From Stegostoma tigrinum (Eukaryota), in NCBI RefSeq assembly GCF_030684315.1, contig NC_081356.1, positions 132,854,933 through 132,918,932 on the forward strand: a stretch of DNA of 64,000 bases. Direction: 5' to 3'. The translations under genes and the position numbers were made by a program. Position 1 is the stretch's first letter; each line of letters starts with the position of its first letter. The notes under the pieces are model-generated. The model was given only the letters and a program-made list of their open reading frames with translations. It was not told where the DNA came from and made no database searches. This document shows positions 41,259-53,689 of the stretch, piece by piece.

Positions 41259-43112
41259 GTTTGAGATCACTCCCATTCCACCATATCTTTATGAGCTGAT
41301 TTCATGATGGGTCTGGTTTCCTGAGTAGGGTGTTTACTGCTGCACTGGGAAACTGTTCAATAATGTGTGCTTCCCTGACCATCAGAGATTCATCCCAAAT
41401 AAGAACTCCCAGTTCAGTTTTAAGTGACCATAAATTCTCCCCTGACGAGCTGCTACATGACATGAGCCCCAACCAGTATCATTCCCTTGGTATGGATTTG
41501 TTAAAGGACAGCCATGTCTGACAAGCTGGATTGATCTTTTTAAGGAGTAATGAAGGATGCTTGATTGGGTATTACACATTGTCCATCAACATGGTTGTTA
41601 GCAAGCTCTTTGGTAAGGTTCCGCATGGTTCACTGGTCACAAAATCAAAAGCTCATGATATCCAGAGGAAAGTGGCAAGTTTGACCCAAAGCAGGAAGGA
41701 GGGTTTAGAGTTAGAGGGTGGTTTTGTGACTGGGATGCTATTCCTAGTGAGGTCCCATATTGCTCAGTACCAAGTCCCTTCCTGTTCAGGTTATATCGAT
41801 GGTTTAGACTTGTATGTACATGACATGATTGAGAAACAAGCAGCAAAAGCTGGAGAAAATCAGCATGTCTGGAGAAAAAAAAAGGAATGAAAGCAGCAAA
41901 ACAGGGGTCTTAGGGGTACTTGTGCACAAAGGATGTAGAAGAGGTTTGGAGGGAGGCAGACCTGAAACATCAGCTTTTGTGCTCCTGAGATGCTGCTTGG
42001 CCTGCTGTGTTCATCCAGCTCCACACTTTGTTATTATGTAGAAGAGGTTTACCAGATTGTTACCTGGATTGGAATATTGTAGATATAAGGAAAGGTTGTA
42101 CAAACTTGGACTGTTTTCACAACAGCATTGAGGATGAGGAGTGACCTGATAGAAGTCAATAAAATTATGAGTGGCATGGATAGGATGAATAGTTGGAGTT
42201 TTTTCACAGCACGGAGATGTCAAATACCATGTGATAGAGGTTTAAGGTGAGAGGGGAATTGTTTGAGGGAGATGTGAATGGATAGTTTTTTACACAGAGG
42301 GTGGTTAGCATTTGGAATGCATTGCCAAGGGAGGTGGTAGAAACAGATACGTTAGCAACATTTAATTGTCATTTAGATAGGCACATGAACAGCAGGGACA
42401 GAGTTGAATGGACCTTGTGCAGGCAGATGGGATCAGTTTAAAATGGCATCATGGTTGGCACAGACGTAGTGGACTGAAGCACTTGTTCATGACCATGCTT
42501 TTCTACATTCTGTATTCTGTTTTGAGAGAACTCAATAACCAGGCAGCATGAGCTTGCAGTAATTGTTGGAAGGATTGGAACGGAGTTGAGGAGTAAATTT
42601 ATCTCTCAGAGAATTTTGGGTTTGTGGACATCACAGAAAGGGCGTTAGAGGCAAAAACTTTCATCACATTTAAAACTCACTTGGATAAGCACTTGAAGAA
42701 CTTGAACATTCAGGGATATGGGCCAGGAGCTGGAAGGTGGATTGATCTGTAGAACTCTTTATCAATCAGCACATACATAATGGTCTGAATAGCCTTCTCT
42801 TGTTCTGGAAACCTTTCAATAAATTAACAGAAATTGCTGGAGAAACTCAGCAGGTCTGATGATAGTATAAGGTAGTAGTGGAGGTTAAATAGACCTTAGG
42901 TTTAGGATAAAAGTTCGGCACAACATCATGGGCCAAAGAGCCTGTACTGTGCTGTACTGTTTATGTTCTATGTTCTATGTCTCGCAGCATCTGTGGGGAG
43001 AAAGCAGAGGTAACATTTCAAATCCAATGGCTCTTCTTCAGAACTGTTTGCTGGTGGGGAAAGGTGGTATATATGCTGAAGACATGGGTGGGAGAGGGAA
43101 GAGGAGCAAGCT

Positions 43113-44295
43113 CATAGAACATAGAACATAGAACAGTACAGCACAGAACAGGCCCTTCAGCCCACAATGTTGTGCCGACCATTGATCCTCATGTATGCAC
43201 CCTCAAATTTCTGTGACCATATGCACGTCCAGCAGTTTCTTAAATGTCCCCAATGACCTTGCTTCCACAACTGCTGCTGGCAACACATTCCATGCTCTCA
43301 CAACTCTCTGTGTAAAGAACCCCCCTCTGACATCCCCTCTATACCTTCCTCCAACCAGCTTAAAACTATGACCCCTCGTGTTAGCCATTTCTGCCCTGGG
43401 AAATAGTCTCTGGCTATCAACTCTATCTATGCCTCTCATTATCTTGTATACCTCAATTAGGTTCCCTCTCCTCCTCCTTTTCTCCAATGAAAAAAGTCCG
43501 AGGTCAGTCAACCTCTCTTCATAAGGTAAGCCCTCCAGTCCAGGCAGCATACTGGTAAACCTCCTCTGAACCCTCTCCAAAGCATCCACATCTTTCCTAT
43601 AATAGGGCGACCAGAACTGGACGCAGTATTCCAAGTGTGGTCTAACCAAAGTTTTATAGAGCTGCAACAAGATCTCACGACTCTTAAACTCAATCCCCCT
43701 GCTCATGAAAGCCAAAACACCATATGCTTTCTTAACAACCCTGTCCACTTGGGTGGCCATTTTAAGGGATCTATGTATCTGCACACCAAGATCCCTCTGT
43801 TCCTCCACACTGCCAAGAATCCTATCCTTAATCTTGTACTCAGCTTTCAAATTCAACCTTTCAAAATGCATCACCTCCATTTATCCAGGTTGAACTCCAT
43901 CTGCCACCTCTCAGCTCATCTCTGCATCCTGTCAATGTCCCGCTGCAGCCTACAACAGCCCTCTATACTGTCAACGACACCTCCAACCTCCATGTTGTCT
44001 GCCAGCTTGCTGACCCATCCTTCAATCCCCTCATCCAAATCATTAATAAAAATTACAAACAGTGGAGGCCCAAGGACAGAGCCCTGTGGAACACCACTCA
44101 CCACTGACTTCCAGGCAGAATATTTTCCTTCTACTACCACTCGCTGTCTTCTGTTGGCCAGCCAATTCTGTATCCAGACAGCTAAGTTCCCCTGTATCCC
44201 ATTCCTCCTGACCTTCTGAATGAGCCTACCATGGGGAACCTTCTCAAATGCTTTGCTGAAGTCCATATACACCACATCCACAGCTCGACCCTCAT
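43113..44295 (-). mobile_element. CR1-type LINE, 5'-truncated RT
   Basis: ORFs 43916-44500 ([28 protein letters not shown]) and 43203-43880; (CATAGAA)n tail at 43113. Confidence 0.9.
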
Positions 44296-45472
44296 AATAG
44301 ATGGAATAAAAATGAGATGGAGCCCAGAGACACAGAACGAAGATTAGATGGTCAAAAATCTGGACCATAGTATACCATTGGAAAAAGAAACACTGATAAC
44401 GAGGACAAAAAGTCAGTGAAAATGGTTTGGCTATGCTGAAAACACGCCATATCATGACAGGGATACCAAGGTGTAGAGCTGGATGAACACAGCAGGCCAA
44501 GTAGCATCAGAGGAGCCGGAAGGCTGACATTTCAGGCCAAGACCCTTCTTCAGAAATGGGGGAGGGGAAGGGCATTCTGAAATAGATAGCTAGACAGGGG
44601 GAGGTGGATAGAAGGTGGAACAGATAAGTGGAGAAGAGATAGACAGGTCAAAGAGGCGGGGATGGAGCCAGTAAAGGGTTTGTGACCTGGACCATGGGAC
44701 TGTGAGAAAATTGGAAACCCTGCTCCCTTCATAACTTCACGCTTCTCAATTGGTAATCATCGAATCAGGAATTCCTGCATCACTTTAAAAGGACATCTGA
44801 ATCATCCCACTTTGGTGAATGCAGAAAAATCAATTATGATCTTCTTATCCTGAGAACTTCAATCAAATCACCCCCAAACCTTCCAGTCCAAAGATATACA
44901 AACCTAATTTGTGACAGAACTACTTGTAATTGAACTGTGTGAGACCAGATATCTTGATTCCGCACCACATTCTTTCTCAGCTCAAACTATACCACCCAAA
45001 ATGTGGTGCCCAGAACTGCTCGCAAGTTGAAAAAGGCATAAATTAATTATTCTCCCCAGATTCAAATTTCTCCACAGCAGTGGGTCTGTCTCTCTAATAT
45101 ACTCATACACATACAATCCATTGAGACTCCATCTTGCCTCCAATTCTAGTTCCTCCATATCCCTTACAGTAAATATAAACTCACCATAATCCCAGAGGGT
45201 ACAACGCTGATCTCTCATTTGAGAGAGCGGACTGGTAGGTGGTTTAAATTGACTATAATAAGAAAAGCACCGGTGCCAATGTTTTCAAACTCCAAGATTC
45301 TAAGAATCCCATATAAAACTCTTCAACTCTCTTTCCCCCTTCTAAGTCGCTCCTTAAGACATGCCTACTGGAGAACCACCTGTCCAAATAACTCCAAATA
45401 CAGTTAGATGTCTGATTCTTATGGAGATCATAGAATATTTTCCAATGGTCAAGCTGTAATGTAAATACAGGA

Positions 45473-47475
45473 GATAATGGGAACAGCAGATGCTGGAAAA
45501 TCCAAGATAATAAAATGTGAGGCTGGATGAACACAGCAGCCCAAGCAGCATCTCAGGAGCACAAAAGCTGACGTTTTGGGCCTAGACCCTTCATCAGAGA
45601 GGGGGATGGGGTGAGAGTTCTGGAATAAATAGGGAGAGAGGGGGAGGCGGACCGAAGATGGAGAGAAAAGAAGATAGGTGGAGAGAGTATAGGTGGGGAG
45701 GTAGGGAGGGGATAGGTCAGTCCAGGGAAGACGGACAGGTCAAGGAGGTGGGATGAGGTTGGTAGGTAGGAGATGGGGGTGCGGCTTGGGGTGGGAGGAA
45801 GGGATGGGTGAGAGGAAGAACAGGTTAGGGAGGCAGAGACAGGTTGGACTGGTTTTGGGATGCAGTGGGTGGAGGGGACGAACTGGGCTGGTTTAGGGAT
45901 GCGGTGGGGGAAGGGGAGATTTTGAAGCTGGTGAAGTCCACATTGATACCATTTGGCTGCAGGGTTCCCAAGCGGAATATGAGTTGCTGTTCCTGCAACC
46001 TTCGGGTGGCATCATTGTGGCACTGCAGGAGGCCCATGATGGACATGTCATCTAAAGAATGGGAGAGGGAGTGGAAATGGTTTGCAACTGGGAGATGCAG
46101 TTGTTTATTGCGAACCGAGCGGAGGTGTTCTGCAAAGCGGTCCCCAAGCCTCCGCTTGGTTTCTCCAATGTAGAGGAAGCCACACCGGGTACAGTGGATG
46201 CAGTATACCACATTGGCAGATGTGCAGGTGAACCTCTGCTTAATGTGGAATGTCATCTTGGGGCCTGGGATAGGGGTGAGGGAGGAGGTGTGGGGGCAAG
46301 TGTAGCATTTCCTGCAGTTGCAGGGGAAGGTGCTGGGAGTGGTGGGGTTGGAGGGCAGTGTGGAGCGAACAAGGGAGTCACGGAGAGAGTGGTCTCTCCA
46401 GAAAGCAGACAGGGGAGGGGATGGAAAAATGTCTTGGGTGGTGGGGTAGGATTGTAGATGGCGGAAGTGTCGGAGGATGATGCGTTGTATCCAGAGGTTG
46501 GTGGGGTGGTGTGTGAGAACGAGGGGGATCCTCTTGGGCCGGTTGTGGCGGGGGCGGGGTGTGAGGGATGTGTTGCGGGAAATACGGGAGACGCGGTCAC
46601 CACACCCGGCACCTTCCCCTGCAACCGTAGGAAGTGCTACACTTGTCCCCACACCTCCTCCCTCACCCCCATCCCAGGCCCCAAGATGACATTCCACATT
46701 AAGCAGAGGTTCACCTGCACATCTGCCAATGTGGTATACTGCATCCACTGTACCCGGTGTGGCTTCCTCTACATTGGGGAAACCAAGCGGAGGCTTGGGG
46801 ACCGCTTTGCAGAACACCTCCGCTCGGTTCGCGACAAACAACTGCACCTCCCAGTCGCAAACCATTTCCACTCCCCCTCCCATTCTTTAGATGACATGTC
46901 CATCATGGGCCTCCTCTAGTGCCACAATGACGCCACCCGAAGGTTGCAGGAACAGCAACTCATATTCCGCTTGGGAACCCTGCAGCCTAATGGTATCAAT
47001 GTGAACTTCACCAGCTTCAAAATCTCCCCTTCCCCCACCGCATCCCTAAGCCAGACCAGTTCGTCCCATCCCCTCACTGCACCACACAACCAGCCCAGCT
47101 CTTCCCCTCCACCCACTGCATCCCAAAACCAGTCCAACCTGTCTCTGCCTCCCTAACCTGTTCTTCCTCTCACCCATCCCTTCCTCCCACCCCAAGCCGC
47201 ACCCCCATCTCCTACCTACCAACTTCATCCCACCTCCTTGACCTGTCCGTCTTCCCTGGACTGACCTATCCCCTCCCTACCTCCCCACCTACACTCTCTC
47301 CACCTACCTTCTTTACTCTCCATCTTCGGTGCGCCTCCCCCTCTCTCCCTATTTATTCCAGAACCCTCTCCCCATCCCCCTCTCTGATGAAGGGTCTAGG
47401 CCCGAAACGTCAGCTTTTGTGCTCCTGAGATGCTGCTTGGCCTGCTGTGTTCATCCAGCCTCACATTTTTTTATC
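45473..47475. mobile_element. Fold-back Penelope-like element (family A): minus arm 45473-~46596, plus arm ~46598-47475
   Basis: GIY-YIG coding sequence on both strands (ORFs 45825-46883 minus and 46458-46919 plus); 14-bp direct repeat ATGTAAATACAGGA at 45459-45472 and 47476-47489. Confidence 0.9.
47382..47413 (+). ncRNA. Hammerhead ribozyme-like motif in family A pLTR (similar copies at 10914-10945 +, 58882-58913 +, ~54678-54709 -)
   Basis: CU-CUGAUGA-A-GGGUC-UA-GGCCC-GAAAC-GUC^AG: conserved core and stem II, but only 2 bp of stem I evident. Confidence 0.6.
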
Positions 47476-47577
47476 ATGTAAATACAGGATTCTGTTTTAC
47501 TGTAAGATTCTTTGATTCTAGAGTCAGAAAGCTGATGAGGTAATGCAGTTTTAGAGTGGATACTGTTTGTATTACAG

Positions 47578-47631
47578 CTCAGCCTGATCCGTGTACCTAT
47601 GCCAACATCGTGTTTGACAGTAACAAAAAAG
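47578..47631 (+). CDS. Cytoplasmic micro-exon 4 with ITIM-like CTYANI (AQPDPCTYANIVFDSNKK)
   Basis: Acceptor CTGTTTGTATTACAG|, donor AAAG|GTAACC. 54 nt, phase 1-1. Confidence 0.75.
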
Positions 47632-47720
47632 GTAACCTTCTACAATTTTTTTTTCTATATAGTGATGTTTCTAAACATTTAAAATACATCCCTTTCACTA
47701 AAAAGATTGTTCTCTTTCAG

Positions 47721-47762
47721 CTCAAGATGGCAAGATTCTCTCAGTTACTGATTCAGAAGAGA
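47721..47762 (+). CDS. Cytoplasmic micro-exon 5 (AQDGKILSVTDSEE)
   Basis: Acceptor TTGTTCTCTTTCAG|, donor GAGA|GTGAGT. 42 nt, phase 1-1, acidic run preceding the terminal ITIM. Confidence 0.7.
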
Positions 47763-48263
47763 GTGAGTCAGTTTTTTCCTTTCAAAATCCTAATCCTCTC
47801 CCATTCCACTGAAGCCAATTCTCCCATGTGAGAGACAGTGCCAGTTGGGGCTGGGTGATCTATTTCCTTGTTATCAGAGTCCCTGACTCTGGGTGGCTGG
47901 ATCATGGAATTTTGATCACATGACCTCCAAGCCTGTTTCCCTCACCACAATGCTGTTGGTCAATCTGTCCATCTTCATTTAGGCGTAGCTTTTCTGCACC
48001 AATCGGAAAGCAAACAAATTCTGCACTATCCCATTGAATGATATTTGACTGTCAGTCAAAAAAGCTTGTCTCCCACAATGTGTTTGTAAAGGTCATAAAG
48101 AGAATGAGGGGCAAAATGTACAACTGTTGGAGTAATATTTCCCTTTCCAGTAATTACCTTGATACTGAGGAGCTGATGTTGGGGTAAATGTTCCCCATTT
48201 TCTATAATGACCCACAAACTGAAATTATAACCATAATCAGCACTAACTTCTGTCTCTTTCAAG

Positions 48264-48301
48264 CAGACGTAACCTATGCAGCCATTGTGAACACATGTTA
48301 G
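48264..48301 (+). CDS. Terminal coding exon with ITIM VTYAAI (TDVTYAAIVNTC*)
   Basis: Branch-point-like CACTAAC at 48241, pyrimidine tract, AAG|CAG acceptor, phase 1; TAG stop at 48299-48301; V-x-Y-x-x-I is a canonical ITIM. Confidence 0.78.
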
Positions 48302-48847
48302 GAGTGAGCATTCACAGTAAGTATTGAACCTGTGTGACTGAGGCTGCACTGTTCCCCAGATCAAATTCAAGGAGCATCATGAGATTCATCAGCTCCTAAA
48401 CATGACATAATTATTCTTCAAAAGTACTTTTTATATTTTATAAAGTCTTAGCCTTTTTATCTTTCTGCTTTTTTGTAATGAGGACTGGAATAGATCAGAA
48501 TTGTTGGAAAGCCAAGGATTGCTGAAGGATTACTGCATATCCTTGAAAGCAAGTAAGCTGACACTCATTGTAAGTCTTGTTCACACAGTTGCTGGCTCAA
48601 ACAGTAACAGAAGAAGGTGCAGACAAGCTGGAGACAAAGATATGTACAAATGGAGATTCAGCCAGAAAATTATAGCTGATTGGTCATGGACTAATGACAA
48701 GTAATCAATGACAAAGACCTTCTTGCTGCCAACAACTATGTGATTTGTTCCTGGTAACTGAACATCTTTTGGATGTAAACAAAACAGGGAGAAGCTATCA
48801 GACCTCCACCAGCTGAGGAACTTTTCATCATCAGCTATGTTCCCTGA

Positions 48848-48853
48848 AATAAA
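48848..48853 (+). promoter_or_regulatory. Candidate polyadenylation signal for the receptor gene
   Basis: First AATAAA I found downstream of the stop codon at 48301; lies inside an LTR-like repeat. Confidence 0.3.
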
Positions 48854-49082
48854 AGATACCATAAATCTGTGCAAAATCAGCTTAATTTCTTTTCCTTCAG
48901 CAGTTGCTGGAAACTCTGATCTTTAATTGATAAGCCATATCTTTAATAAGCCACACTGTATAAACCAGTGACCGCATCTGGAGAAGCAGCTTTCTGATCA
49001 GCACAAGAATCATCTCAGCAGATCCTTTGAATAGGGACAACTGAAACTGTTTTCCCTCCTCCCAAAGAACAAAGTTTAGTTT

Positions 49083-49121
49083 CTGTCTGTCTGTCTGTGT
49101 GTGTGTGCACGCGTGCGTGCG
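49083..49121 (+). repeat. Compound microsatellite (CTGT)n(GT)n(GCGT)n
   Basis: Directly visible. Confidence 0.85.
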
Positions 49122-50016
49122 TTTAATTGGAAGTTAATGAGGATCTTGGAAATTTAACAAGTGGTGTTATATTTTGGTCATTATTTCTCTGGAATTAGAG
49201 TCTATTTACTTGTGACAAATAATAATCCTTGTAAAGCACAGAAACCTGGTCTGAGCTTTCTGCCAACCCAGATCTAAAACTCAGCTAAATTAGGGAATTC
49301 TGCGAACTTCTTTAAATACTTTAACTTTTGTGACAACTCCAGGAATAGTGAGGCATGATGCCCAACGTGCTACCTCAGTGAGATGTAACAGTATCCATCA
49401 GGGCCCATACACCAGGCCTTGTCATCACATGGGCTGCTAGCACAAATAACCCATTCTCAACCGCTAATGGTCTCCATGAGCAGCAATTCATTCCCCTACA
49501 GTGACCTTTACATTTAGTTCCTGTCTGACCGTGTCTGTGTCTGAGTTCTGAAGAAGGGTCACTGGTCCTGAAATGTTAATTCAGCTTTCTCTCCACAGAT
49601 GTTGCCATTGTTTTCCAGTAGTTTCTGTTTCTGATTTCCAGCATCTGCAGTTCTTCGGGTTTTAACTTGCATCTCAGACTGATCACTAGCTTTCTTACCA
49701 CTTGCTCAGTTAGCACTGACGTGCATCCTCACAGAATCCATCCTTTACCAGGCCATGTTATGCCATGTCAGGCCATGCTTGCTGTGCCAGGCCATGACTG
49801 CTGGTGTGTTGCTGCTTCAACCAGGGATGAAGGCTCTTAGTCCTGCTGTATTAATGTGCTGTGCAGCACAAACACACAGGAAGGCTCCTCGTCATTCTCG
49901 TCAGTCAGGATCTATTCAGCTTGCAGGGACATCTTACTGTACACCACAACCTGAGAATTCAGTCTGACACCTACAGCATATGCCAGCTGCCCACACAGCA
50001 AACACACTGCAAGTTT

Positions 50017-50158
50017 CAAAATAAAAAATGAAAGAACTGTGGATGCTGTAAATCAGGAAACAAAACAGAAATTGCTGGAAAAGCTCAGCAGGCCTGGTAG
50101 CATCTGTGAAGGAAAAATACAGAGTTAACATTTCGGGTCTGGTGACCCTTCCTCAGAG
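50017..50158 (-). mobile_element. Penelope-derived pLTR fragment ending at a hammerhead motif
   Basis: Direct repeat CTGCAAGTTT at 50007-50016 and 50159-50168; reverse strand reads CUGAGGA-A-GGGUC-ACCA-GACCC-GAAA. Confidence 0.7.
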
Positions 50159-51509
50159 CTGCAAGTTTTTTCAGCCAGATGGGCATGTCAGAAACTGGGT
50201 GGAGACTTTGTCCTTAGTCCAGTCAAATTGACGCATTCTCTGCTCAGGCCAAGCACCGTCAGCAAATCTGCCTGACTACAGTCCACGGACAGCGCAACAG
50301 TCACTGCTTTGGAGCCAGGAGCAGCAATCAGGAGAATCTTGTGTTGACAGTCTGGGAGAGGTCGGGGTCCAGTCAGTCATGTTCTGGGGGCAGTTCGACA
50401 AAGTGGATCAGAGGTCTGGGGTGAATATGGTCTGAACGACTGATCCATTACTTATTCTAGAAACACCATGATGGAATCACAACTGAAAAGGGTGGAGGAA
50501 TTGAGGCCTGGGTGGGGAATAGTAGATGCACTTGTGGATATGGGAACAAGAACACTGACTGTTGAGGGCATCCCAAGGTGGATGGGGGAGGAGGGTGAAT
50601 GTGGAACAGCACTGAAGGGCATGGTAGGCTATGGGCGGGTAATTGATGTTGACAGTGACCACCATTGTGGCCTCCACAGGGAGCACAGAGGGGCAGAGTG
50701 GACATCATTGAGGTGTAACATCGGGCTCAGGGGGCGGGGTGCAGGGGTTGTTGGCAAAGTACATTGTGATGGGTCTTCATGTGGGAGAATGGGTGGATGG
50801 GGCTGTCGGGGTAGTGCAAGTTAAAAAGGGAATGTGGAGGCTTGAGACCGTGCACCTGGTAATCTGGCAGAACCCAGTGCTGACGGTGTCCACTGTGAGC
50901 TGCATTCCCTGCCAGCAGCTACTGTTCCCTAGATGTGAATTGGAACTGGAAAATGGCTGGGCCTGTGGTGCATGACGGATGGAGTCAAGGTCACTTAGAT
51001 GGTAAAAGCCTGGAATTCACCTGTGCTGGATGCCAGGACATTGAAGGGTCAAGTACATGAAACAGGTGTTAACGTTACATTTAATTTGTAATGATTTTGT
51101 TGTCCATTTGCAAATCATGCAGAGTGAACATGGAGAGCAGTCCACTGCTAGTCACAGTCATTTGTACCTCGCCATCAGTGGTGCCAATTGAACACTGACA
51201 TTTCAATGATGCAAAACCTTATTGCCAAGGACTTGAAAAAAGGCAAATGTTGGACAAAGGTGAACCATTATTTGTGTAACATCTGATAGTGGTGTCATTA
51301 TCTGTCATGCAAGTCTAACTATAGTGTATCCTGAGGAGATAGTGCGGGTGTAAGGAATCTGAGTCTTTCAGCGATTTTCCGGTGAGTGGCAAGTGGATTC
51401 AGGGATAGCCCAAGGTAAAACCAGGATAGAACTGGATGTGGGGTATACCACAGGGGTGGTGTAGGTAGTTAATGAAATGCCTCTGGTAAGATACAGCGGA
51501 AAATCTCAC

Positions 51510-52025
51510 CGCTGCTGTAGCAAAGATGTTGTTAAAATTGAAAGGGTTCAGAAAAGATTTAGAAGGATGTTACCAGGGTTGGAGAGTTTGAGCTGTAGGA
51601 ACAGGCTGAATAGGCTGCGGCTATTTTCCCTGGAGCATTGGGCGCTGAGGGCTGACCTTATGGAGGTTTATAAAATCATGAGGGGCATGGATAGGGTGAA
51701 TAGTCAATGTCTTTTCCCAGGGTAGGGGGGTGTAAAGTTAGAGGGCATCAATTTAAAGTGAGAGGGGAAAGATTAAAAGGGACATAAAGGCAACATTTTC
51801 ATGCAGAGGGTGGTGTGAGTATGGAATGTACTGCCACAATAAGTAGTGGAGGCTGGTACAGCTACAACATTTAAAAGGCACCTGGATAGGTATATGAATT
51901 GGAAGGGTTCAGAGGTACATGGGCCAAATGCTGGCAAATGGGACTAGATTCAATGAGAATATCTGGTCAGCATGGATGAGTTGGGCCAAAAGGTCTGTTT
52001 TTGTACCGTACACGTTTATGACTCT
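51510..52025 (+). mobile_element. CR1-type LINE 3' fragment
   Basis: KDVVKIERVQKRF.RMLPGLE motif and CR1 3' end. Confidence 0.8.
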
Positions 52026-53689
52026 GTGGTCCTCACAGTGAGAATCTCTAAAACTTCCGAGACAACTTGTACACGGCCAAAACAATGTAAGATTCAGCTC
52101 TAAAAGTTAACCACATTGTGTAGGACTAAATCCAGACACAGACCAGACCTGGTAAGGACAGCAGAATCCATTCTTTGAAGGACATTCATGAACCTGTTGG
52201 CAATAAATGCTGGGCTAACCAGCAACATCCCACATCCCATCAAGACATGGGAAAAGTTTATGAAAAATTTTTCGGAATTCCAGGGATACCAAAGTGATCC
52301 CTTTCTCCATGCTGATTGTTACTTCCCTAAATAACTCTTCTAAGTGAATCAAACACTATTTCCCTTTCACCAAATCATGTTGACAATGCCTGCTTGCATC
52401 CTGATTATCTAAGTACTGATGCCACTGCCCTAATAATGGATTCCTGCATTTTCCCAATGACAGCATAAGTCTTGAACACTTTCAGCAAATTACTCTTCAT
52501 TATATTTTTGACAACCCATGAAATCAAATTAACTTAAGCAACAGCCCTTGAAAGGCTGTGTAAAAATAAAAAAATCAAATCTTCAAAGGAAGTGCATTTA
52601 TTATAATTAAAATGTCATTCCCCTGAATGATGCACTGCAGCTCTTGCTGTACCGAGCATTCAAATCAGGCTGAACACATACCTGTGACCATTGCAATGTG
52701 TCTTTTTACGCTTTGTTTGGAAATAACCAATATAAGTTTAAACAATGAAACCAAACTTAAAGTTAACAGGCCAGCAAAGGAGCTGGAACATAATAAAACG
52801 TTTCAGTGTAATTTTAGAATTGAAAATGTTGTTGTGAGTGGAGTTAATGGACTCTAGCCCTGGAGCTGCCCAACTGTCTGAGGACAACATTTTGACACGG
52901 AAATGTTTCTTTTGAGTTGTTGTTCTGAAAAGACAAATAAAACTAAAGAGCCAAGTTAAAAGTTATCAACCTCCTGAAGGGGATTGTTACAAAATAGAAG
53001 AAAATCAAATTTAGAATTAAGTTTAAAATGTCATTGTGGGTGGGGATAGTGCTCTCCAGCCTCTTGTCGTGTCCAGCAGTCACATTTAGCATTTAGCACA
53101 GACATAGGAAGCTTGTTGTAGTTGTCAATCATCCTCAGTTGACTCAGGAAGACAGCCTTTCTCAGGGGATTCTGGTACAGTCAGCCGACTGCAGCCTCTG
53201 ATATGCCCTGGCCCTTTTCGGGCCAGTCAGAGAAAGGATGCTCTCCATATAAGGCTGATGAGTCGAATGATCAGCAGCACACCCTCCGATTTGACTCTTT
53301 CTGTTCTATTATGGGCTGTTTCGCTCCTGGACTGAGGGAGAGGCAGGTAAAAATGCTAAAAAAAAATTTGATGCAGCTCAGACTTAGCCAAAAAATAATA
53401 CAAGATACAGCCCGAAGCACCGGGGCTCTGAGAATGAAATTGTGGAAACTGCAGAAATGGCATGCAAACCACACACTGCAGATTTTATTATTCTGTTAAA
53501 TCTTGTGTTTGGTTTTAAAAGCAAACCAGACTCACTGAATTTGTATCTTGATGAACTGGCCAGAGATCTGTCACCCTGGGTCAACGCTTATCCCCATGAT
53601 GTGTGTTCAGGACAGAAGATCCAGGACAGCAGCCCCATTTGTGCCTCTCGTCGCACTCCCTTCAGTAATGTAGAGGAATCTGGGCTACC

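Larger units (their letters stand above)
48475..49390 (+). mobile_element. Probable solo LTR in the 3' UTR region
   Basis: Starts TGTAATG, ends GATGTAACA, internal microsatellite; no TSD seen. Confidence 0.4.

Noticed and set aside
48599-48704. Alternative terminal exon (VAGSNSNRRR...)
   Set aside because: Inside an LTR-like repeat, and 48264-48301 has a better acceptor plus a canonical ITIM and stop.
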